Source: Yuukianura sp. NJ FZ-2021
Lineage: Eukaryota
Length of the DNA stretch: 64,000 nt
Direction: 5' to 3'
NCBI GenBank assembly: GCA_046563655.1
Contig: CM102290.1
Span: forward strand, 9,486,001-9,550,000
Shown piece after piece: positions 39,694 through 52,017 of the stretch. The position numbers and the translations under genes were made by a program. Position 1 is the first letter of the stretch, and every line of letters begins with the position of its first letter. The notes beneath the pieces are model-generated. The model was not told where the DNA came from. It ran no database searches and was given only the letters and a program-made list of their open reading frames with translations.

Positions 39694-41887
39694 CCCAGGT
39701 TGCCAAAAACAATGTTTTTGCAACGCGCGTTGAGTTTTCGTATGAATCTAATACGGTATCGGTGCTGAATTTGAAGTCATTGTAAGCCGAGCGTGCAAAC
39801 TGCATGTTTTTAATGCCTAAAAAGAACATGCGCAAAAGTTAGCGGGTAATATGCTTTGATATGGTGCATCGGCATCCTCGTAAGTGGGTTACACATTGAA
39901 ACAGTATGGATTACGCGCATGGGTAGTACATGATGAAATGGTTATGCAATTTTCATTGATGACGCAATGCATAACTTGTAGTTGAGTGAAGTGAAGTGAG
40001 TAAAACCCAAAGTAAATTCACTGCTGTTTAAGTGATGATTTTCTCACTATTGTTTCGCCGCCAATTACATACTTTGAGTCTCTGGCTTAAACTTAAAACA
40101 AAAGAAACCACGTTCCGTTAAAAATAAAGCGTGGTGAGTCAGTATCAAACATGACTAGGAAAAACTTTTCAGTCGTTTTTTTCTACGAAGAAAACCGATA
40201 CTCCGTAATTCCATCCACTTGGTTATCGGACACAGAGCATGGACTGTTAGCAAGTTGGCCAGGAAATCGAAAAAACTCGAAGGTCAGCCGCTCAGCCGAC
40301 AGTGTACCGGACGAGAATTGGACTAAGTATCCAATACAGTTTCTCAAATCTTATGGTAAGTTCAATTTCATATGCAAGTATTTAGTCGTAGTATGAGCGT
40401 TTCGAATGTAACTAATCTTCATTTTTATATCTAGATTCGTACGATAAGGTATGCAAGAAGGCTGAAACTTTAAAGGACTCAAACACCCTTCAGATTTTGG
40501 ATTCAAGTGAAGATTCGAACAATCGAAAAACAACAACTTTCCAAAACGTTGCAGTTGAACCTCCATCTACATTCAGAATCATTCCACCTACTACAACTCC
40601 ACTATTCGAACCGGAAGAAGTGTTCCAGTCGAACTCTGATGGTTCGGGGGACATACTAGGTGCAAATCCATAACTTACGTGATATATTATCATTAGTTAA
40701 AGAAGTTACTAAGTTTGAATATTAATTTAGATTCGAGTCAAGTGATTCTGCACTACAATGTTGACCAAACTGAAACCTTTGAAGAATCTGTGAAAGAAGT
40801 CAGAGGTAGATTCACAGCATTCCTATACTACACAAGAATCATGAAGTTTATGTATTATTTTTTTTTAGCTTTTTAGAAAGCGACATCAGAAAAACAAGAA
40901 AAAATCTTGTTGGAGCTGGGCGACATGAAAAGACTGCTTCGAAATCTAGCCTCAGTTCAAATCAATCAGCCTGCGCGTACATTTGCATACGGAATTCTGC
41001 CATTGAAAAACGAGGGGGAGCTTATGCAAGCTGAGTCTGCAATTGAAGACCAGACGGAATACAACTTATTGGTAAATAATTCATTTTACTCCTCTGGGTT
41101 AGATTTAAAAACTTAAAACAGTTAAGAACTGACTATGTTCTTTTTAACAGTGACATGAATTGTAAATTCTGATTTTTTTTTAAGAATAATTTCTTTATTT
41201 TATCTTACCGTAGGTGAACGAATTGAAACGTGCCGGGGGATCAACTGTGTCCAAAGCCATTGCCAATACACTGAGGGCTTTGTTAACAAATGATTTGGCA
41301 AAGAAGGTCCGAATAACGGATACCTCCGGGAAAATCTCGTTTGGAAGTCTAACTTTGTGCAAAGCTGTGAGAGGTTAGCCTGTAACATAAATTTTCCTAT
41401 CCATTAAGCCTATTTTTTCTACTCTAATTTTTGTTCACTGGCTCAATTAAATAATGTAAAATTTAGTATTAGTATTTATTAAGTATTTTGTAATTTTAGT
41501 ATTGTATTTAGAGTTTACGTGTAAAGTTTGTGTATTGAAACAGTATAGTATCTGAACTAAATAAAACATGTGTAACAAACCTTTGCTGTTTCTTCATTGA
41601 ACACGTAATGTTTAAGTACGGTTCAGGTAATGATTTCGCAGCGGAATTTTCATAAATACAATGTACACACGGATTCAGCACGGATTCCGCACACAACCGA
41701 GGGGAAAACGCAACACCATTTCATTGCTCTTTACACGCGTGTTAAGGCTCATCATTGAAACAGCATTGTTTCCTCACAGCTATCACGTTATGTTAAGCTG
41801 TGTAAAAGTTGTCCAAATACTCAACTTTTCCTCATGATTTTTTCTGAACTATATCAGCGGGTAAGCATTGTGTTTTGGCAACCTGGG
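39694..41887. mobile_element. Non-autonomous DNA transposon, CMC/EnSpm-like (CCC...GGG termini, 2-bp TSD)
   Basis: TIRs CCCAGGTTGCCAAAA (39694-39708) / TTTTGGCAACCTGGG (41873-41887), extending imperfectly into ACAATG. Flanked on both sides by CA. It contains a spliced ORF but no recognisable DDE transposase. Confidence 0.8.
40151..41378 (+). pseudogene. Transposon-borne spliced ORF, DUF4806-like accessory protein (probably truncated or disrupted)
   Basis: Putative exons 40151-40355, 40435-40659, 40731-40805, 40869/40877-41071, 41214-41373. The N-terminal SVVFF...SVIPSTWL...SWP...PDENW pattern and the C-terminal LPLKNEGEL...LVNELKRAGGST...LLTNDLAKK...GKISF pattern resemble DUF4806-family proteins (recognised from memory, not searched). 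There is an in-frame TAG at 40874 if the 40868 acceptor is used, and I found no terminal exon. Confidence 0.6.
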
Positions 41888-44800
41888 CATGCTCCTATTC
41901 TGTGTATTTTATAATTACAAATTTTGTGCGTTGTTGAAAATTGTTCGTTTTAGAAACTTTAGAACCTTGATAAGAACAAAAGTAAATGAAACTGAACAAA
42001 ATCCTTTTGTTTTTAAGGGATACAAAGGACCATATTATTTGCCAAGTCTGACAGAGGAAATAATTCAACCACTTTTTTCGTGTTTCCGCTGTTGTTTTGG
42101 AGAATCCTTTTCTGAAATGAGGTCATAAATTTTTAATCAAAATTTTATATGGATTGAACAACTACTTCGGTTTTTCTTTGTTTCTATTGTACTGTTTTAT
42201 GATTTGAAATTTTTAGTTATACTTTGTCAACTTGTTTTTTTTACAAGAACTGCTTTTTCTGTTTGTTTTTTTTTAACTTCAGACCTTCAAAAACAATCAA
42301 ACTTTTTTTTCCTTTGAACTGCCACGAACTGCCAGGCCAAAATATGTGCCAGGTCAAAGTTCAAGACAAAGACTGACGCGCGAAGATTTGAACTTTGTCC
42401 GTTCTCGGCGTTGGTCGTTATTTACGGTTAACAAGATTTTTTATGACAATTGAAACTAGATTGGCTATAACTTTGTGAACCAAAGTCAAGAAACAAATGA
42501 CACGTCAACTCCATATTCTCCTGTTCCATTTTCCAACAAAAAAAATGGCACATGAAATTACCAGGAGGACCAGACCAGAAGTAGGAAAAAGTCTATTTGG
42601 TTTTGCCAGACGCCGAAATGCACATCGTGACCTTCTTGTGACTCGACCAAATTTGGTGGATTTTGTCGTAAAATGGTCAAATGACCATAAGACGTTGATG
42701 GTAAAAATGGAAATATCAATTGACTTTCCATTTTGTGGCTTTGACAGGAAAGTTAATTTTCTAGAACAATGAAGTGGAACGTTGTTGAAGGAAGAACGAG
42801 TAACAGCGCTGGCTCGTTTAGCTTCTATTTTTTAGAAGGTAATTCCATAAATTTATTGGAAGCTGGACATCAAATTATATTTCCAGTTGTGCTCGTTAGT
42901 TTCGATGCCGTTATTCCAAAAAAAGATTTTGGTTAACAAAAAAAAACGTTAAGTTTTCTAAAGTTTTCATGGTGTTCAAATCGGTAAAAACAACATAATG
43001 TCAATGTTTTCAAGCAGCTTATTAACCGTCATTTTCTTTAAAAACTACGTCGTTCAAAAACAGACTTTTGGAAAAGTTCCTTGAACTTTTTTTCCTGTTG
43101 GTAGCAGATCTAGATCTGAAGGAATTTGAACAAATGAACTTGTCTTTTTCTTACAATGATGTGCGCAAACTGCAATCTTGCAACTGCTGCATTCTGTGTG
43201 CAAAAGTTTGTTTTTTCAACTTTAATTGAACACAGACAGTGATGACCTTGGCGAACAAAGAGTGTTCATGTGGAGGCAACTGCAATGAATCATTTGATTT
43301 CTGGAAGTTAGCTGAAGCGTCACCAAAACCATAAATTAGAGTTTAAAGTTAAGCGGATTTGAATTATATGTTAAAAAATGGACATGGTATAGGAGGTGTA
43401 ACTAAAAGTTGGCACACTGAAATTCAATTTACAGTTTTAAAGTGCTTTCCACAATTTAGGTTTCGACTTGCGAGGATTTATTATCGTAAACATTTAAAAA
43501 GGTTTGGAGCTTGAAGGTTCAATTGAGAATAGAATTGGAGTGGAGATGAAAGTTTTCAATGAAAAATGTCTCCAGGAAAGCCGAAAAGCTAAAAGCTAGG
43601 TTAAGTTTTTTAGTTTAGGTTTTTCTGACTTTGATTTTTCTCTCAGTAGTTGGGTTCAAAGTGGGACGGCAGCACTGTGAGTTTATATGTACAAACCAAA
43701 AAGTCTCGCTAAAATTCCCACCACATTTCAACCAAAAAGAATCGCGGCAATTTGTCTCGGAATTTCCTAACAAGGCGTATCTCCAACTGAGGATTAGTAT
43801 ACAGAAGTTTTCTCCCCTCTATTGTTTTTGGAGACTACTGGCGAAATTTTCTGAGACGATCAAAAATTTTCCGTTATCAAAATTCAGTGGATTGCTAAAT
43901 ATTTTTCTGGCATTTCCCAATTCCTCAGATACCCACCCAATTTAGCCCGATATACCTGTTGTAACTCTCATTTTCACCACGAAGCTTCAATCAATTCTCC
44001 ATTCTATTCTAACCTCTAACCTTACAATCTTAGCTTAACAACAAGTTTCAAATCAGTTCATTTCTTACCTTGCTAACGCTAAATCTTCGTGGTACTGGTA
44101 GTAAATTTCCCTAATCCGATTAACATTGGGGAAGGAACTTGTGCTTTCACTTTCGACAGGGTCGATTAACTCTGGTGTAACAAACGACGAGAGAAATGGA
44201 AGATGAAGGGCAGAAGGCGGGAAAAGTCAAAATTGATTATAATTTGAATGGAAGGGTTGAGGTCATTTCATCACACGAATCTGCCTGGCATCACTACACA
44301 TCATCCCTATGAACTTCTACGTATATTTTGTAATTTCAAAAGATTTATAGAATCTGCTCAACCTCATATTGCGTTTTGATCCAAGTTACCAGGAACTTAC
44401 ATACGGAAAAGCTTAGAGTTTTAGGAGATTGAATTCAATTAAAGTTCATGATTCAACTTGGACATGGAACTCAACTCTATCCGTTCATCTCCTTCCATGT
44501 TGGCACAAATTGAGCAAACGGGATTGATGTGACTGATCCTAACTTGTTCTAACGTTGTTGCAAATTCTTGGTGTTATGGTAGGATTTACGTCCTTAATTT
44601 AACTCCAAACTCCCACTTTCCCGTAGGTTTTGTTTAAATTTAAAGTGAAAACTGAGCTGTTTTCAAGATAAGTTTTTAAATGAGATCCGTTTCATGGTAC
44701 TTTGTTCAAAAAGTTTGAAACTTTGTAAGTTACAAAGACAACAGAAACTTTGGTTACTGGGGCCGTATTTTGAATTAATACTAGACGTGACGAAGGTGAG

Positions 44801-47567
44801 AAAATTAATTGAGCACACTTCAACATCAGACAAAACGGAAACGGCTCAACCGGAATTATGGAAAGTTGTTAGAAGTCGCTAGCTTACCTTCTACCTTGGA
44901 AACCGTTCTATTTTTGAGCCTCCCGCGTAATCTTTACCGTGGACTTACGGCTCAAACGGAGCCTTAAAGGCTTCTATGATTCTACACTGAAGAAAGCGGT
45001 TCGTTTAATTGATCAAAGGAAACGTGCTACAACCGATGGAAGGTTTATATAATTTTCTGAGAACACTTGAACAAGAACCGTCCACCACGACACCAATGTG
45101 ACCAGTGAATAAAGCATGGGCGGTAAGTAGATTTTGAAAAACAAATACTGTTAGTACAAGTGACGAAACACCATGCGGAAACACCGTATCGCGTACCCTT
45201 GAGTCCTTCTGGTTAACACAACTTTTGGAGTCCTTGTCCCTTGGTCACTGGAGCAAGAGTGAAAGGTTGGAGGAAGAGGAACTTTCTCTTTCTTCGGGCG
45301 CCAATTTAGCATTTTCTCTTATGCGACCTAGGCGCATGAGCAAGACGGAGGTTTTGGCGGCAGTTAGGCCAACTAATTGAAAATCCCATTTTGAGGTTAA
45401 AACAGGTGATTAGAAAGACAAAGACTTTCTCTAGACTTAGTCTTAACGTCCACCGCTTTCCTTTAGGGAGAGTCATAAATAGAATTATTAATATGGAAAT
45501 GAAGTATGAAGACAAGAGAAAGCAAAATGTCAATGTCAATTATCTTTTGGACCAATTTCCATAATTCCTTAGCAAAACTTTGAGCCAATTTTGCCCTAAA
45601 TTGTTTTCAAACATCCATACTCTAGTGGTATGACTCCACTGCTCGTTTCTCTCCTTTGGTTTCTTGCTACTGTTAATATACATTGTCAAGTTTTAATTTT
45701 TCAGCTTTTCGTTTTCAGCTAGGAAAAAATTGTTTTATTATAAATCCCACTCCATTTTTAAGATTTGAGAAGTGCGCTTTTTATTTATTTATTCCTTCTA
45801 TTCATTTTTTTTCTTATATTTACTCTTTTATATTTATTTTTTACCTATTTAAAGTTGGAAAATCGCACAGGTGAGGACAACTTTTTGCAATTCTTTTTCA
45901 GGCTTGACTTTAGAAAAAGCTAGTTAACAAAAAATACCAAACTTCTAGAAACTGATTTTTACGCCTTAGGTCATTTTTTTTGAAACAGCCAAGTTTCAGT
46001 GTATTGTCAGCAGAGACAGCGCCATCTCGTGGGATGCAAACAAAATTTAGCCCCGTTAGAGCTGGGGAAAGTTTACCCCCAAAATTTCTGACAACTTCCA
46101 CTTTCTCTTGTGGATGTCAGACCCGTCGCAGTTCAGATATTCAAAGCTAACATGACACGAACAACCTAAACCTGACAACTTTCCTTTCCAAGCAACGTCT
46201 CCTTTCCGGTTTATTTAAAAACCCAAACTTCAGTTTTCAATTTCCAGCTTCTAATGTTGTCAAATATTTTTAAAAGAAAATCAGAACCCCTGGAAATATT
46301 AATTCAAGTTTCAACATACATAGTCAACCAGAAATTGCAATCCGAATTCTCACTCTATGTATCAATGCAATTTTTTGTTTTGTATAACATTAATTAGTTG
46401 AATCATTAGACATCGGACATAATAACTTTATAACTTTGAAAATTTCTTATGTCTAGCCGATGCAGAGAAAGCGAAGGCTGAATCATTCAGTTTTCGATTT
46501 ACTTGAAATGAACTTGATCATCTTTAGGCCTCGTGGACGTCTTTGTGTATTTTTCCACAATCTGTCCTTATGCTTTATTATTCCAAACCTAACTTTTGAG
46601 CAGTTCCCAACTTATGAGAAGTCTCATAATGAAAACAAAAATTGAAAGGGAACCGCTGTTTTTCCGTTGGCTCAAATCCCTGTTCGTCCTAAAGGGATGG
46701 GACCAGTTAAGAGAAAGTCAAAGACCAGTGTTTGAAGACAGCTCGTGGCATACAATGGCAAAGCAAACTCCAGACTTTTTAAAAAACGATGTCGTCCAAC
46801 TTTGTAATCTTCCTCAACAACTAAGCACAAAAGATGACTTTCACCTGGGTTCAAAATATTGTATTCCAGGTATTTCATCAATCCAAACAACTCTAAACTA
46901 AGCGAAGCATTTAAGTTTATCGGGACATTAAATAAATAGAAAATTATTAAATTTTTATTTAGTTGAAAACATCATTGCACGGAGATTTTTCAAAAAACAT
47001 GAAATGCCAATGTAGTAGCTTTCTGATCATATTGCAGAAAACACAGAAACTTAAAATAACAATTCTAAGATTCAAATATAAGCCTTTGAAATTTCACTCA
47101 CACTGTGTGCAAACATAAGAAAATTTATTTATTTCTATTTGAAAATGGCACGCTCTTCTCTTCACTGTTCCGCGTCTGCATCACAATCCCTTACTTAGTA
47201 AGATTGATTTTTTGTTAAATTTTTTCTAGCTAAAAAATGTTAAATTTTTGCCGGAATTTGGTACACGAGGGAAATCTTTGGAGTGAAAGTAAATTCATGT
47301 CTCGCTGGACGTCAAAATTGGAATGACTTAATACCCATCTAGGGCATTTGGGGATTGTGAAAAATAGGCTTATGTAACACACCCGCGCGATTCCTAGGAT
47401 GTTTAGTATGTGTCTGGAATGCACTAGCATTACAATGTCATGTCAATAAGTGATGCGACACCGTTTTTGTCTACCATTCCCATAGAACAACTGAATACGT
47501 CACAACCTGAAGTGTATTTTTAACACTAACTTTGCCGTAACTTACAACATAGCCTGTAAAAACTTAC

Positions 47568-50500
47568 CTGCATATTTGAGGCCCACGTGGTTCTGAAGGT
47601 TTTCCTGTAATGTTCCGTTGACATTGTTCGTGTCGAGGTCAAAGCCACTGAAACTCCAGCCTTTCTTAAGCGATTCTACCATGGATGACATGAAGAAACG
47701 ACAAGTTTGAAGGCCGGAAACTTCTTCCATTCCGTCTTTTTCGTACATCAACATCACTTTCCTCCAACTGAGTCTAAATCAAAGGAAACCGATTCATTCA
47801 CTTTCTCCAATATCAATAAACATCAAGAGTCGTAAACAGTAGACCTGCTCCGCATCTTTCCATTAGAGCGCTTCACCCACAAAATCTGCATTTTTAAAAA
47901 CTAATTTTAGAACGCGTATTTCAAAGATCTTTGCACCGAGGACATAAATTTCAACGTTAATGAAGACAACTCTTCACAACTTAAATGATGGGACTGGAAC
48001 AAAAAATGCCCATTCCTGTTTTAAATTAATACTTTTAATGAAAAAAAAAGTTAGGCTAAATTTCTAGGTGTAGTCTGACAGTCAAATGTGAAATGGCAAG
48101 TTGTCTCATGTCTGAAGCTTATGACCCGAAGTCTTACGGAGGCTCAAGGTAAAGTGAAGTGGATGAACTGCATGTTATATTCTGTAGCTTTAAATTTCTT
48201 AAATGTCTCAAGGGATATTAGTGATTACGTTAGGCCAAGACTGCAGTTACTTATTATTTTTTACAGCAGGACAAGACTTTCTAAACACAATATTCATCTT
48301 GACATGCCATTAGCGTTGTCAACTCAACACAGGGGAATCTACCTACAATTTTCTTACCAGTTTAGGCTTTTTTTTTAAGAGAAAGTGTGACTTTAGGTTT
48401 TAGTGAAATAAGGCATCCAGTAGGTAGCAACATCTTTCAATTCCAACTTTTTATCAAATATATTTAAATGTTGAAAAAATTTTTTAATCTGTGAGGTAAT
48501 GACCTAACTTATTAACAATTTAATAAGCTCGTTGATGCATAATATCCTAATTCAACCTCATCTGAAGGTTCTCTGTTAAGGGATATTAAACTAATAGATT
48601 TCCTTTCAATTTTGTGGTTGCTTTCAGAGATTTTGATGAAATTAATATCTTCTCAAATTTCATAAGTCATAAGCTTTCAATTTTCAAGAAATAAATTAAC
48701 TTTCGACCAGAACGTGTTTTAGAACTGGAAATTGAGTACATTGAAAAGCTAATGAAGGGCACGTGCTAATTAATTAGTGACTAAATAGCAGAACAGCAGA
48801 CAGGTACTTTCTTTGACATGCACAAAAGACGCCTTCGCAGTTTCTCCAAACGCAAACCACAGACCCGTATCCAGGACGGCTCGGTTTCAAATGAACTCGT
48901 TCGCACAATGCAACAATTCTCGCGACCTACCTAATAACTACTACGTTTGCAAAGTGTCTGCAACATATTTCAACCAAATGACGGATTTAAAAAATTAATC
49001 GCAAGCAAAAGAACTTATGCTATATTTCATTGCAACTAATAATTCTGGTTTAAAACGAAAGGAAAATAGTTTTCAAGCATGTTAAAAGACTATGCACAAA
49101 CTGACCATGATTCAATCCATCATCAGCTTGCTTTTAAATCAGATTCAGAACAAAACTTTGCTCTGTTCTGAAACAATTTTTGTGGTTCTCCTTATTGGAA
49201 ATGAATCGTCCTTCATTTTCTCTCAAAGTAAACTAGCCGAAAAGTTCTAGTAAACAATTTTAGTAAAGTTAAACTACAGAAACTGAAAGTAGAATCCCCG
49301 CTGAGATTTTCGTTTTGGTCGGACTCACTTTTTGGAAGGCAGGAGTCTTAGAAAATCGCAAAGTTTTTGGAAAATTGAGTGGATTCTTGTGTCCCGTTCC
49401 AAAAAACTTACTTTTCAAAATATCCAATGAGAAAGTCGACCATTTCTGTGAATCCAATTCCTGTTCGGGTTGTCAAAAAGTATTCAGAGTCCTTGGTTGT
49501 TTTTGGTAGAGCATAGTCTGCAGTTAGGGCTCCAGCAGTAAGTAATGGAGTATCCCAAAACTGAAGAAACCGAGCCACTGGAGCTGTCATTTTCAAATGA
49601 AAACAAGAAATGCAATTAAATCCAAGAGAGGAACTTAAAATTGATTACTTGTTGCCTCATACTTCCTAAACAGGAAAATAATTTCTGGCATTATTACTTT
49701 TTTGAAAAATTAAAGCAAGAATTCCAAATTGCGCCTAAAGGTTTCCATTCATTTTAAAATTTATTAAACTAATGAAAACTTTATTTACATCTAGTCGAAA
49801 GGCGTCTATAGAGCGACCTATCTTGAAAAACCGCAAATTTCCAGTTTCAAAATTTTGGGTGCGCTTTAGCGGCTTCTCATGCATACAAATAACTTTTCTT
49901 AAACGTATTGATTATTTCACCCAAACAAAAAAAAATCAAATTCACCACTTATAAAAGAAATGGAGAAAATTTCAGAACCAGCGTTTATAAATTACAATTT
50001 TTCAAAATACTTAGCAGTGGAAATAATTCCTTTAAGTTTAATTTTCGATTATTGTTTATCATGAGTAGATTTTTTTTTAACTTTTTTGTGGTAACAAACA
50101 CCATGTCGTTTGTCGTTTCAAAGCCGCAAATTCAGAAACCCTGGAAAATTTTGGTGTCCCTTTCTCTTTCACGAGCATTGTTCGTTGGAGCCAAATTTAT
50201 TTGGGTTTCCTGAGGCTTATTGTGTCCAATTTCCCGTGTAAGTACTCGGTGGAATTGGTTGTATTGTCTTAGTTGTTACATCTCCTTGTACAACTATTTT
50301 GGTCCTTTACATCCTTGTACCTAACTACCAAATTTAGGAATTCTAAGAAAGTGCACTTTAAACAAAGTAGATGCGGAAATGAGGCGTTAAGGTCCGACTT
50401 AAATTCCCTGCGGAGACCGTTGGGAAATATTACAATGGAAGTGAGAATTCGAAAGTGAAAGTGACAGGAGAAAAGGAGGTTGTATGCAACAGGCACTTTT

Positions 50501-52017
50501 TGTTGTTTCTTGACACCAACCAAGATACTTCAGATCAAGCGATGTTTTTCTGAAATTGGTTTTGGACAATCGGAAACAGAATGGGTTTAGAACAGAACCC
50601 TTCAAGGACTTCCAAAGTCTCGTGAAAGCCTTTTCTTTTCAAATCTACGAACCTCCTGACCGACTTTTACTAAAACTAATTCCTGGATTTAGCATCATAA
50701 ATCAAACTAAAGTTAATAACCTGACGTCGGTTAGAACAAACCTTTATAGTTTTGGGCCCTGCGGGAACACAACATTATTAAAAAAATAAAGACTCATATA
50801 AGCCAATTTTGTCAAGGTTAAAAAATATAGTTTTTGTGCTGCTGCGCACATTTTCCAAAACTGTTTACGCTAGCATTACAAATTTGATGACAATGAATCA
50901 GATCATGCTAAATAGCACAAGCCTGTTCTGTTGCGAACATTTTTCTAAATCAAAAAAGCGACGTTTCCTAGTTTCACGAAGTGTTGAAAAGATTACTAAA
51001 AGCGTCTAGTTCGGAGAAAGCGCAGGATGAACGTTCTTTACTTAACGGAATTAGAAATTCAAGAAAATCATCATCAGATTTGGTTCATAAATCCGTTAGC
51101 GTAAAAGAAAAGATTATTCACCAAATCAAATGCACAGCGATGAGCTCTTGTTATTAAAATTAATGGAGCTATTTACGTCGCTTTTGCTACAAAACACGGC
51201 TTTTACGTAAACTTAATGTTTAAAAAAATCTGACACATTTTATGGTTTTTGTTTTTAAAAAAAGTGAACCATCTTGATGATCCATTACGGATACTGAAAA
51301 GACTAGAAATTTTTAAATTGAGTTCCTTAGTCTTTGTTCGTTAATGTTAATGAACTTATATAACTTAACTTGTGGTTGCAGCAGTGAGCAACATTACTTG
51401 AACTTAAATTGGCACACGACATTCAACAAAAACTTGATCTTAAGCCATGTGGCTTTTTTCTCTTTGACTTCCGAATCTTTCATTAAGGACGTTTGTTTAG
51501 CATTAACCGATCTGTACTGTCTCAAGATCAATGAAAAAGTTTTCGGAAAAGTGCAACAAAAAACTCTGAAAAGTTAGGAAAATCACTTACCCAGAGCCAA
51601 TTCACACGAAGGACCAAAGAACACGTCCACTGCATTGTTGAACTTTGACCTCATGGCTTCCATGGGTGCAATGATATTAGAACAATTGGAGTCAATAAAA
51701 GTCAAATGCACTGTGTGACCATAAAGTAGCTCAAGGTCTTTGACTTTTTCAAATCCCAGTTGAATCGCTGGCCCTGTTCTGCGAACAGACGCCATGTACC
51801 TAGAATCAAACGGGAGAAGAACCGTGACATTGATGTCTCCCGACCTTGACGTTTGGTCTGTTATGTTAGTCGTCTGCTCCTGTGGCGTTCGTCTTCCAAG
51901 GAATAGCCTTGTAGATGGAATGCACTCATGGGTCACGACCCCTGTCACAAGTAGTTGCAAACTAAAAAGCAGGAAGATGGAGCCGACGCAATCGGAAATG
52001 AAACTTGAGTTTGCCAT
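47568..52017 (-). CDS. Alternative N-terminal module A of the receptor guanylyl cyclase (signal peptide + ANF-receptor ectodomain N-terminal part; 3 exons, 268 codons + 1 nt)
   Basis: Exons 52017-51591, 49583-49412 and 47773-47568 have canonical AG/GTAAG sites and join in frame: ...DSNCS...DVFFGPSCELAL|APVARFLQFWDTPLLTAGA...GYFEK|LSWRKVMLMY...QTCRFF...VGLKYA|. The module ends in phase 1, compatible with the acceptor at 34460. I found no further cyclase-like exons between 47567 and 37708. Confidence 0.85.
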
